DNA of 45,849 nt from Candidatus Dojkabacteria bacterium (GTDB lineage Bacteria; Patescibacteriota; Dojkabacteria; J137), in assembly GCA_039929105.1 (NCBI GenBank), contig JBDSRX010000051.1:1-45849 (forward strand), in the 5' to 3' direction. The position numbers and the translations under genes are program-made. The notes beneath the pieces were generated by a model, which had not been told where the DNA came from, searched no databases, and saw only the letters and a program-made list of their open reading frames with translations. This document shows, piece by piece, positions 35,821 through 44,840 of the stretch; within the stretch, counting starts at the first letter, position 1; the number at the start of each line of letters is the position of its first letter.

Positions 35821-37902
35821 TTATTCTTTTTTAATGCTATCCCAAGGGATTCTGTTTAGTAGAGTATTAACCCAGTCTAAGCTCTTATCGTAGTTATCTA
35901 CTGTAATAATTCCATTTTTAAATGTAAGAAGTTTATCTCTATCTAAGATAAAAGTTACGTTATAAGACTGCCCCGCATAGGTAATTGTTATATTGTAGTC
36001 TTCCCCCCAAGATTTTCCAGGATCTTTTTGGATAATTAGAGTGTACTTTCCATCAGTATTGTAATTGATCGAATCGGGTAGAGTGTAACTAACATTCATT
36101 TCTTCTTTTTCAATAGGATCTGCATCAGATAATCTTCTATGGTCAAACCATAAGACATTATCACTAACTTGTTTATCAAAGACTTCGTCGTGGTAAATTT
36201 GAGGGTCATATTCTAAATATCCAGATCTGTCGTAACCATCAGAAGTGATATTTTGAGATCCGTTTGGAAGTATATATCTAATCCACGCAGCATAAGCAAA
36301 TGTTAAATTCACATCGTATTGTCCTCCAGGAATAGTACTATCTAAGATTTGTGGTTGTCTCCATTTAACTTTTACTTCTCTACCAATGCTTCCGTTGTTG
36401 TTAATACTTACATTTTGATAAACAGTATCTCTTACCCATTTATTTAATTTTAGAGAACAGTTTTGAGCTTCGTTTAATTGAAAATAATCTCCAGTATATT
36501 CTCTTACAGTTCTTCCACTTAATCCATAATCATCAAAGAACTTTTGTGATGCATCGTCTTTAGAATAGAAAGCAATATCTTTCGCTTGGAAAGAGTGAAT
36601 TAAGAAATTAATAAGTTTAGGTAATTCTGTTGTTGGCAATCCAAATAATTTTGTCTTAATTGCATTTCCAATTTGTTGAATAACTTGTTTCCTATCTGCA
36701 GATCCGTGATATTTAGGTGCATCTGTTTCGGATTTAATAAAACTAAATAAGTTATCTGCTGTTACAGGTTGATCAAATCCCTCAACTGTTATGGGTTGTA
36801 CTAAAGCAATTAAATTTTGTGCAAAAGTAAAGTTCAATAATACTGCATTATCGTACCCTGGCCATTCTGAAGAATCATTCTCACTTGCTAAGTCGTAATA
36901 ATCTGTAAACAAACTCATACTTTCAAATAAATCTGGATATTGCATTACATCTTGGACTCTTGCTTCTCTATATCCACATCTAAATACTCCTGGATACATT
37001 AAGAAATCCTGACCATATATATTATCGTGGGGCATTCTGGCAATAATTCCATCTCTTTGCATTTGCCATAAATATTCTTGAAGGTTTAATGTGTCTTGTA
37101 AAGAAATATCTTTAATAAATTCTCCATCTTTAACTACTGCATTTCCAACAGCAGTTGTAATTCCTCCAGCAGCTCTTTTTTCTGCTTCATTTTGAAGAAT
37201 AATTAGATAACTTACTTCCTTATCACTTCCGATTAAAGAAGGAAGGTTCTCTATAAATCCAATTACATTCGAGGAAAGAGTAGGGTATTCATCTACAAAA
37301 TCATTAACTTTTGAAAGCTTTTCTTTTAATCCACCAACTTCTGTAACATAGTTCATGTCGATTGATTTAAAATCAGCTAAAACAACAAGAAGATCGGGTT
37401 CAATTTTTTTATATAGTGCTAAATAACTTGGTAGATTCTTCGAAATAGAATCTAGAGAAGCCTCAGAATCTACAATAGGTGTTGTATCGTCGGTAGTTTT
37501 ATAACCTTCCTTAGAAAGTACATCTTTAATGTCTGGAAGTGAATTATCTAGAAGAGCATTAACATCATTAGTTATTTTTCTAACAACAGTTAAGTTATTA
37601 TAATATCCTTTAAATAGAACGATACTATTGAGTATTTCAAATTGAGAAATTTCATCGTCAATAGCAGAAACTTCTACTTTTAAATTTTCAAATCTTGTAT
37701 CTATTTTAGAAATATCCTTTTGAGAAAGTTCTAAGATCAAATTATTTGTTGTTATTTGAATATTACTCACGTGTTCATTAATTCTTTGAAGAGGGATTAG
37801 AACAAAGAATAAAAATAATCCAACTATTATTAAAAATAGGATAGTTAGAAATATTATTAACTTTGTGTGATTGCTCGGTTTGTTTTTATCAAAAAGTCCC
37901 AT
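35821..37902 (-). CDS. DUF4012-domain membrane-anchored protein (paralog B)
   Basis: N-terminal TM, helical stalk, YLIILQNEAE.R..GG, YPD, Y.LIIQK.PG. Confidence 0.8.
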   Translation of the reverse strand: MGLFDKNKPSNHTKLIIFLTILFLIIVGLFLFFVLIPLQRINEHVSNIQITTNNLILELSQKDISKIDTRFENLKVEVSAIDDEISQFEILNSIVLFKGYYNNLTVVRKITNDVNALLDNSLPDIKDVLSKEGYKTTDDTTPIVDSEASLDSISKNLPSYLALYKKIEPDLLVVLADFKSIDMNYVTEVGGLKEKLSKVNDFVDEYPTLSSNVIGFIENLPSLIGSDKEVSYLIILQNEAEKRAAGGITTAVGNAVVKDGEFIKDISLQDTLNLQEYLWQMQRDGIIARMPHDNIYGQDFLMYPGVFRCGYREARVQDVMQYPDLFESMSLFTDYYDLASENDSSEWPGYDNAVLLNFTFAQNLIALVQPITVEGFDQPVTADNLFSFIKSETDAPKYHGSADRKQVIQQIGNAIKTKLFGLPTTELPKLINFLIHSFQAKDIAFYSKDDASQKFFDDYGLSGRTVREYTGDYFQLNEAQNCSLKLNKWVRDTVYQNVSINNNGSIGREVKVKWRQPQILDSTIPGGQYDVNLTFAYAAWIRYILPNGSQNITSDGYDRSGYLEYDPQIYHDEVFDKQVSDNVLWFDHRRLSDADPIEKEEMNVSYTLPDSINYNTDGKYTLIIQKDPGKSWGEDYNITITYAGQSYNVTFILDRDKLLTFKNGIITVDNYDKSLDWVNTLLNRIPWDSIKKE

Positions 37903-37934
37903 AGAATTTAAGGTATATATTACTTTATCTTAAA

Positions 37935-40178
37935 TTATGGTTTTTTAATATCGCCCCATGGAATTTTCTCTACTAGATTGTTTACCCAGTCTAGTTTTTT
38001 ATCGTAATTATCTACGGTTATTATTCCGTTTTTGAAGGTTAATATTTTATCTCTGTCTAATGTAAATTTAACAGAATATTTTTGACCGTTAAAGTTTATA
38101 ACTACTTCGTTTTCTTCACCCCAAGATTTTCCTGGATGTTTTTGAACAATTAAAGAGTATTTCCCATCATTTAGATAGTTAATACTATCTGGAAGAGAGT
38201 AGTTTACATTTATTTGTTGTTTCTCAATAGGATCTGCATCACTAAATCTTCTGTGGTCAAACCAGATTATGTTATCTGTAGTTTCTTTATCCACAACCTC
38301 GTCGTAATACTCTTGGGGATAATAATATAGATAACCAGATCTAGAGTATCCGTCGGATTCTATATTTGTTGTTCCATTCGGTAAGAAGAATCTAACCCAA
38401 GCTCTGTAAGCAAATTGTAGAGAGTCAGAATATTGACCACCTAAAGAATCATCATAGATTTTTGGTTGAGTCCAAGTAACCCAAGTTGTTCTATTAATAG
38501 AACCGTTATCGGAAATATCTACTTGATTGTAAACGCTATCTCTAACCCATTTATTCAATTTTAGAGCGCAGTTTTGAGCTTCATTAAATTCAAAGTAGTC
38601 TCCGGTATAATCTTTTGCAGTTCTTGCACTCATTCCATAACTATCAAAGAATGCTTGCACTTCGCTATTTGGAGAAGATAGGGCAATATCTTTAGCTTGG
38701 AATGAACCTATCATAGTTTTAATAACTTTAGGCATTTGATCTAAAGGAAGATCAAATAGTTTCTTTTTAGCAGCATCTCCAATTTCTTGTAAGATCTGTT
38801 TTCTATCTTTATTAAATCCGTGATATTTAGGATCGTCTGTTTCTGCTTTAATAAATTGGAATAAATTATCTGCAGTAACTTCTCCAAAAGGATCTACATT
38901 TAATGGTTGCACTAGGCCTAATAAATTCTGAGCGAAAGTAAAGTTCAACATTACAACATGGTCATATCCTGGGAAACCTTCGGGATTGTATTCGTGAGCT
39001 AAATCGTAATATTCTCTAAATAATCGCATACTCTCAAATAAATCTGGATACATTGCAACATCCTGAGCTCTTGCTTCTGTAGATCCACAACCAGCATTCA
39101 TTAGATATGCCTGCCCTCCAATATTATTTTCTGGCATTGGTAATCCAAGTGTCCATAAGTATAATTGTAAATTCCAACTATCTTCTAAAGATATTCCATT
39201 AACAAATTCTCCATCTTTAATTTTTGCAGTACCAAAAGCTGTAATAATTCCACCAGATCCTCTTAACTCAACTTCATTTTGAAGAATAATTAAATAACTT
39301 TTTTCTTGATTTGATCCAATTAATTCTGGAATTCCCTTTAAGAAACCTAATGTCTGATCTGATAGAGCAGGGTATTCGTCAATAAAACTATTTACTTGAG
39401 TAATTTTAGCTTTTAAATCTGTACCACCAACATTAGGAACATAGTCTATATTTATCCTTTTGAAGTCTGCCATTATATCTTTAATATCTGGTTCAATTTC
39501 AGTGTAAAGATTTAAATAAAGTGGAAGTTCTTTTAATACTAAATTTAATGTACTAGGTGCTTTTGTACCATCTGGATATAAACCATTTGCATCTGCTACT
39601 TGTGGTGTTGGGTCTGTCGCATTTACCTTAAATCCTGTTGAGGATAAAGCATTTTTTAATTTCGGAAGTGATTTTTGAGTGAGAGCATCTGCTTTAGCTA
39701 AGATTGTTCTACCAATTTGAAAGTTATCGTAATAACCTTTAGTTTGATCCCAATTTTGTAGAAATTCGTATCTTGTTAATTCACCATCAATATTATTTAG
39801 ATTTGTCTCAATATTTTTAAAATAACTATCGATATTTGAAAGATCTTTCTTATCAAAATCTCCTAAAAGTGAGACAACAGAAGTTTGCATCGAGTCTACA
39901 TAACCTAAAATTCTTTGAGCTGGAATTAAAACGAAGTAGATGAGTAAACCAGTAATAATTACTCCTAGAAATACAAATACAAAAAGAAAGCTCCAAGCTA
40001 ACTTTTTTAATTTCTTTCTTTGTGGAGATATTGGATCTTTAGTTCTCAGATTCATTCTAATACTACTTCTTCCGTCTCTTTCTATACCTTGCAAAGCTAC
40101 AGGATCCATACTATCGTCTGAAACCACGTCTAAATTTCTATCCTCTTTTTTGATGATTTTTATTGTTTGTGCTTTCAT
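37935..40178 (-). CDS. DUF4012-domain membrane-anchored protein (paralog A)
   Basis: YLIILQNEVELRGSGG, YPDLFESM, Y.LIVQKHPG; extensive identity to paralog B. Confidence 0.8.
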   Translation of the reverse strand: MKAQTIKIIKKEDRNLDVVSDDSMDPVALQGIERDGRSSIRMNLRTKDPISPQRKKLKKLAWSFLFVFVFLGVIITGLLIYFVLIPAQRILGYVDSMQTSVVSLLGDFDKKDLSNIDSYFKNIETNLNNIDGELTRYEFLQNWDQTKGYYDNFQIGRTILAKADALTQKSLPKLKNALSSTGFKVNATDPTPQVADANGLYPDGTKAPSTLNLVLKELPLYLNLYTEIEPDIKDIMADFKRINIDYVPNVGGTDLKAKITQVNSFIDEYPALSDQTLGFLKGIPELIGSNQEKSYLIILQNEVELRGSGGIITAFGTAKIKDGEFVNGISLEDSWNLQLYLWTLGLPMPENNIGGQAYLMNAGCGSTEARAQDVAMYPDLFESMRLFREYYDLAHEYNPEGFPGYDHVVMLNFTFAQNLLGLVQPLNVDPFGEVTADNLFQFIKAETDDPKYHGFNKDRKQILQEIGDAAKKKLFDLPLDQMPKVIKTMIGSFQAKDIALSSPNSEVQAFFDSYGMSARTAKDYTGDYFEFNEAQNCALKLNKWVRDSVYNQVDISDNGSINRTTWVTWTQPKIYDDSLGGQYSDSLQFAYRAWVRFFLPNGTTNIESDGYSRSGYLYYYPQEYYDEVVDKETTDNIIWFDHRRFSDADPIEKQQINVNYSLPDSINYLNDGKYSLIVQKHPGKSWGEENEVVINFNGQKYSVKFTLDRDKILTFKNGIITVDNYDKKLDWVNNLVEKIPWGDIKKP

Positions 40179-40268
40179 TGATAGTTAAAGTGCTCCTCAT
40201 AGTATCTCATAGCGGAATCGTTGTAAAGATTAGCGAAGCTTAATTATTTAGTGAATTCTAGTGTACAT

Positions 40269-40451
40269 TTATGTCGGAGAACTTACGGGTTTGTTCGTGT
40301 TTAAAGTGTCAATATAGATTTGAACTTTAAATAAATTAGTAAAGCTAGCATTGAAGTTCACATTACTTAATAAAGCATAAGGTATTACTAACCCAAGTAT
40401 GTAAATAATTGCTACAGGAATTAAGAACTTTAAAATTTGATTTGGAGTCAT
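40269..40451 (-). CDS. Small single-TM protein
   Basis: 60-aa ORF with a hydrophobic N-terminal helix. Confidence 0.55.
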   Translation of the reverse strand: MTPNQILKFLIPVAIIYILGLVIPYALLSNVNFNASFTNLFKVQIYIDTLNTNKPVSSPT

Positions 40452-40471
40452 AATAATAATAATAATTTTTT

Positions 40472-40496
40472 TGTCATCCCGAGGCTCTTGAGGGAC
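40472..40496 (+). repeat. REP-like half element (TGTCATCCCGAGGCTCTTGAGGGAC)
   Basis: Matches the left arm of the 17646 element. Confidence 0.7.
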
Positions 40497-40531
40497 GGAT
40501 TATATATTGAGTTTACACGTAAATTCAGCCT

Positions 40532-41974
40532 TTAAACTCCTAATTTCTTTCTTAGTTCTTCTTCTGCAACTTTAGGATTAACTTTTCCTTTAGATGCTTT
40601 CATGACTTGACCTACAAGAAATTTTATTGCATTTGGATTTTTCTTCATATCTTCTACGATTTTTGCATTCTCTGAGATCACTGTGTTTACAATACCTTCA
40701 ACTTCGTTAGAATCTGAAATTTGAACTAGTCCTTGTGATTCAATTATATTTTTTGCATTTCCACCTTTTTCAAAAATCTCTTCAATTACATTTTTTGCTA
40801 TTGTTCCAGAAATCTTGTTTTCTTTTAATAAGTTTACTAAGACGATAATATCATCTTGCTTAACGGCACTTTCTGAAATACTAATACTTCTTTTTTCTAA
40901 TTGACCAGAAATATCTCCAATTAGCCATTTAGCAGATTCTTTTGCAAGGGTAGAGTCATTACTTCCTAATTTTAAAAGAATATCAAACCAATCTCCTCTT
41001 GCTTTGTCTTCCACTAAAATATCTGCTTGTTGGTTTTCTAATCCTAACTCTTTATATCTTTTCTTTCTATTTGCTGGAAGTTCTGGCGCTGCATATTTAA
41101 TTTCGGCAATCATTTGCTCATCTATATGTATAGGAGCAATATCGGGTTCTGGAAAATATCTGTAGTCGGAGGCTTCTTCTTTAACTCTTTGTGATAGAGT
41201 TTCTCCCGTCATATCTTTTAAACCTCTAGTTTCCTGAACTGGTTTTTCTCCGGTTTCAAGAATCTTTGATTGTCTTGCCACTTCAAAATCTAAAACTTTT
41301 TCTAAAACAGAAATAGATCCTATATTTTTTACTTCTACTTTATAGTCTGGTAATTGTCCTTTTGGTAAATCATCTGTTTTAACAGAAATATTTAATTCAA
41401 ATCTCATTTGCCCTTTTTGCATTTCAGCATCTGATACTTCAAGATATCTAACAATTTGTCTTAATCTTTTTGCGAATAAAACTACTTCTTCAGTGGACTC
41501 GAAGTCAGGGTGAGTAACTATCTCTATTAATGGTACTCCAGATTTATTGTAATCAATAAGAGTTGTATCTCCTTCTGAATGCATTGATTTTGCAGTGTCT
41601 TCTTCGATATGAACTCTTTGAATTCGAATTCTTCTTGCATCTCCTTCAACTTCTATTTCTACAAATCCATCAACTCCAATTGGCTGGTCATACTGAGAAA
41701 TCTGATAACCCTTTGGTAAATCGGGGTAGAAGTAATGTTTTCTATCAAATTTTGTATTCTGATTAATTGTGCACCCTAAAGCTAGTGCTAAAGAAATGGC
41801 TTTCTTTATTGCCTCTTCATTAGGAACAGGTAAAGCTCCTGGTAATCCAAAGCAGACAGGACAAACATTTGTATTTGGTGCGTCATCAAAGTACTTAGAT
41901 TTGCATCTACAAAACATTTTAGATTTTGTTTTTACCTGAAGATGAATTTCAAGCCCTACTACTGGTGAATACAT
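40532..41974 (-). CDS. gatB: Asp/Glu-tRNA amidotransferase subunit B
   Basis: GLEIH.Q, FDRKHYFYPDLPKGYQISQ, HIEED, YRYFPEPD, GQVMK.SKGK.NP. Confidence 0.98.
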   Translation of the reverse strand: MYSPVVGLEIHLQVKTKSKMFCRCKSKYFDDAPNTNVCPVCFGLPGALPVPNEEAIKKAISLALALGCTINQNTKFDRKHYFYPDLPKGYQISQYDQPIGVDGFVEIEVEGDARRIRIQRVHIEEDTAKSMHSEGDTTLIDYNKSGVPLIEIVTHPDFESTEEVVLFAKRLRQIVRYLEVSDAEMQKGQMRFELNISVKTDDLPKGQLPDYKVEVKNIGSISVLEKVLDFEVARQSKILETGEKPVQETRGLKDMTGETLSQRVKEEASDYRYFPEPDIAPIHIDEQMIAEIKYAAPELPANRKKRYKELGLENQQADILVEDKARGDWFDILLKLGSNDSTLAKESAKWLIGDISGQLEKRSISISESAVKQDDIIVLVNLLKENKISGTIAKNVIEEIFEKGGNAKNIIESQGLVQISDSNEVEGIVNTVISENAKIVEDMKKNPNAIKFLVGQVMKASKGKVNPKVAEEELRKKLGV

Positions 41975-42032
41975 ATATTGTTATTGATCTGATTGAGTAT
42001 ACTAAAGTTAACCTGTATTGTCAGTTTATACC

Positions 42033-42827
42033 TTAAATCTTGAAATAGTCATATTCGAGAATTTCATTAATGTCTTCGTTGGTCTTTTCAATAAACTGCT
42101 TATATTGTGTTGTTGAATATGGACTTCCTTTCCTTTCTCTTCTATCTGCAGTCATAGCATTGAAATGTGCTTGACTTCTACTAATGCAATATGAGCTTGC
42201 ATCCCACAGCCTTTTTCCAATAACATCCAAATTAAAATCATTGTCTGGGTGGGACTTAATATCAAAAATATCTTCTTCCAGATACCTTTGTAAGGTAGTT
42301 ATCTTTATTTCTGTCTTACCTATATTTACAATACTGTCTTTATTTATTTCATCTACATATTCTCCATCCATTAATCCGTTTAACCCAAACAAGGAATAGA
42401 CTAGTTTTAGTGCATCAAAGAGTAGATTAACACTAATTATACTTACTATTTTCTCTTTCAGTTTCGAGGTAACAATACCTCCGTTTTCCTCCAAAATATT
42501 TCTTGTATCTTTAAATCCATCAGAAAGAGGTATTAATAAGCGATCTGTAGCGTGTCCCGCCTCCAAAGCTATAACACCTACCTTACCGTAATCAGCGCTT
42601 AAAAAGTAATCGTACACTTTTTGAAAAGATTTCATTTCTAAAATCATCGCCGCCATAATAACAACTTGAGCCTGATTAAACTGAGCTAAGTTATAATTCA
42701 TTTCCCAAGAAAAGTACTCTAAGTCTGAGCCAGAATTTCTTATCGCGTTTATAAGTCTATTCAATCTTTCTTCAGGGGTTCTTCCTGTTTCTTGTTCGAA
42801 TTGTTTAAAGAAATCTCCTCCAGCCAT
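42033..42827 (-). CDS. Hypothetical protein
   Basis: 264-aa ORF between trpS and gatB. Confidence 0.7.
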   Translation of the reverse strand: MAGGDFFKQFEQETGRTPEERLNRLINAIRNSGSDLEYFSWEMNYNLAQFNQAQVVIMAAMILEMKSFQKVYDYFLSADYGKVGVIALEAGHATDRLLIPLSDGFKDTRNILEENGGIVTSKLKEKIVSIISVNLLFDALKLVYSLFGLNGLMDGEYVDEINKDSIVNIGKTEIKITTLQRYLEEDIFDIKSHPDNDFNLDVIGKRLWDASSYCISRSQAHFNAMTADRRERKGSPYSTTQYKQFIEKTNEDINEILEYDYFKI

Positions 42828-42836
42828 TATTAATTT

Positions 42837-43877
42837 TTAAAAATAATTAATCTTCATTGCTTCTTTTACCATTTTTAAAGTTTCAGCAGCCTCTTTCTCA
42901 GCTTTTTTTGTTCCTTCCATTACAATTTCTTTTACTTTATCCATTGGGTAGAGTAATCTTCTTTCTCTAATTGGATCTAAGAAATTATTTATAGCAATCG
43001 CTAACTTTTCTTTAACTTCTACATCTCCAACTTGTCCTTTTCTATATCTATCTTTAAGATCATTTACCTCATCCTTGTTTGGATTAAAGTAATCATGGTA
43101 AATAAATACTGGGTTTCCTTCTACAGTTCCAGGGTCTGTTGGTTTAAGTCTGTTTGGATCTGTAAACATTTTCTTAACTTTCAATCGAACAGTTTCTTCG
43201 TCATCTATAAGGTTAATCGTATTTCCTTTAGATTTACTCATTTTTGCATCTCCATCAGTTCCAACTAAGTTTGTTTCTATTCCAAATTTTGCTTGAACAG
43301 CATGGAAAATCTCAGTTTTATAAGTTCTATTAAATCTTTTTCCAATTTCTCTAGCTAATTCAATCATTGGTGCTTGGTCTTTTCCAACTGGAACTAAATC
43401 TGATCTAAATGCCAAAATATCCGCTGCTTGGCTAACGGGATATGCAACAAATCCAAAAGGAGTGGAATCTTCGAATCCCTTTGCTTTAATTTCTGTTTTT
43501 ACAGTTGGATTTCTTAAAATCTCGTTATGAGTTACTAAATTCATAAAGAAGACTGTAAGTTCTGCAATTTGAGGAATCATTGATTGTACTAAAATAGTTG
43601 TTTTTTCTGGATCTACTCCACATGCGATATTATCCTGAGCTACTTGATAGATATTATCTCTAACTTTCTCTGGATTATCGTAATTGTCCGTTAGCGCCTG
43701 AACATCTGCTATCAAAAGGAAAAGATCGTACTCATCCTGCAGCAGAGCTCTATTATGTACAGAACCTAAATAGTGACCTAAGTGAAGAGGTCCTGTTGGT
43801 CTATCACCTGTTAATATTCTCCTTTTGGTTAATAGTTTCTGGCTACTAGTTGATGGTTGAATATCAGAATTATTCAT
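42837..43877 (-). CDS. trpS: Tryptophan--tRNA ligase
   Basis: TGDRPTG.LHLGH, YPVSQAADI, VPVG.DQ, KMSKS. Confidence 0.98.
   Translation of the reverse strand: MNNSDIQPSTSSQKLLTKRRILTGDRPTGPLHLGHYLGSVHNRALLQDEYDLFLLIADVQALTDNYDNPEKVRDNIYQVAQDNIACGVDPEKTTILVQSMIPQIAELTVFFMNLVTHNEILRNPTVKTEIKAKGFEDSTPFGFVAYPVSQAADILAFRSDLVPVGKDQAPMIELAREIGKRFNRTYKTEIFHAVQAKFGIETNLVGTDGDAKMSKSKGNTINLIDDEETVRLKVKKMFTDPNRLKPTDPGTVEGNPVFIYHDYFNPNKDEVNDLKDRYRKGQVGDVEVKEKLAIAINNFLDPIRERRLLYPMDKVKEIVMEGTKKAEKEAAETLKMVKEAMKINYF
43824..43858 (-). repeat. In-frame heptamer array (AACCATC AACTAGT AGCCAGA AACTATT AACCAAA) in trpS N-terminus
   Basis: 7-nt periodicity; encodes QPSTSSQKLLTK. Confidence 0.8.
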
Positions 43878-43945
43878 ATATTATATTTTAATTATTAAAG
43901 TATTTTACAAGATTATCGGCTGATTTGAAATGTAGGCGTAGAAAT

Positions 43946-43999
43946 TTAGGCATTAAGCCATTGAAGAGATGTTTGTTTTACTGTTTTTCTCGAATTCAT
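43946..43999 (-). CDS. Putative leaderless 17-aa leader peptide MNSRKTVKQTSLQWLNA upstream of trpS
   Basis: ATG 6 nt downstream of TGCTATAAT (44006-44014); one Trp codon. Confidence 0.4.
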   Translation of the reverse strand: MNSRKTVKQTSLQWLNA

Positions 44000-44026
44000 G
44001 AACATATTATAGCAATATCCAGGAAC

Positions 44027-44061
44027 TAATAACAAATACCAAATCTCAAATCACCAACACC
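44027..44061 (+). repeat. Heptamer array (TAATAAC AAATACC AAATCTC AAATCAC CAACACC)
   Basis: 7-nt periodicity in the trpS-pyrH divergent spacer. Confidence 0.65.
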
Positions 44062-44120
44062 TAAAGTGTTTTGTTATTAACTTGTTTTATGCTATAAATT
44101 TAAAATCTTACTTATCAAAA

Positions 44121-44819
44121 ATGAATGAAATTATAGTAGTAAATGTAGGTGGTTCTTTATTATCTCCAAATGATTTAACATTGTTTGATTTCGGCGCTGC
44201 AAATAAGATTAAAGAGTTAATTTCCAAGCATTCAGATAAGAAATTCATTTTATGTGTAGGTGGAGGTAATATTGCTAGAAAATATCAAAAATTATTAGAA
44301 GATAAATCATTTACTAAGGACTCAGAACACGAAGTGGGAGTGGCGTTGATTAACGTTAACGCTGTAATGCTTAAAGCTGTCTTAAAAGATCAAGCCGAAG
44401 AGAAAATCTTAAGATACGAGGATTTTAACGACGAATCAACAATCAGCTTTCAACAACAAATTTTAATCTCTGCAGCTGGTGCAATAGGGCACTCTAGTGA
44501 TTGGAATACAATGAAATTGGCAAAAAGAGCAGGAGTTACAAAGGTTTTCAGTTTAACGAATATTGATGGAGTTTATAATAAAGATCCTAAAAAGTTTCCA
44601 GACTCTATTTTGCAACCAACATTGAAATGGGATGAATATTTAAATATAATAGGAAATCCTAAGGAACATTTTCCAGGAGCAAAATATCCAGTCGATCCTT
44701 TAGCATCAGAATTTGGTAAAGGGAATAGTATTGAGTTTTATGTTTTAAGCGGAAACAATTATGAAAACTTCGAACGTGCTATAAATGGAGAAAGTTTTAT
44801 AGGAACTTTAATCAATTAA
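44121..44819 (+). CDS. pyrH: Uridylate kinase, archaeal type
   Basis: VGGSLL, VGGGNIARKY, GHSSD, TNIDGVY.KDPKK, VDP.A; ATG 44121 preferred over TTG 44082. Confidence 0.9.
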   Translation: MNEIIVVNVGGSLLSPNDLTLFDFGAANKIKELISKHSDKKFILCVGGGNIARKYQKLLEDKSFTKDSEHEVGVALINVNAVMLKAVLKDQAEEKILRYEDFNDESTISFQQQILISAAGAIGHSSDWNTMKLAKRAGVTKVFSLTNIDGVYNKDPKKFPDSILQPTLKWDEYLNIIGNPKEHFPGAKYPVDPLASEFGKGNSIEFYVLSGNNYENFERAINGESFIGTLIN

Positions 44820-44840
44820 TATAAAATTAAAATTTTCGAA

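Noticed and set aside
35821-40178. Possible DGR template/variable repeat pair between DUF4012 genes
   Set aside because: Similarity spans whole genes with largely synonymous differences, not adenine-specific; no reverse transcriptase in the window.
40451-40465. (TAA)5 microsatellite
   Set aside because: Short and expected in AT-rich intergenic DNA.
12-43268. Short antisense or alternate-frame ORFs (e.g. 12, 3040, 6177, 6250, 9457, 12026, 13142, 15685, 20732, 21796, 23915, 29627, 39940, 41563, 43032)
   Set aside because: Shadows of well-supported genes with no independent coding signal.
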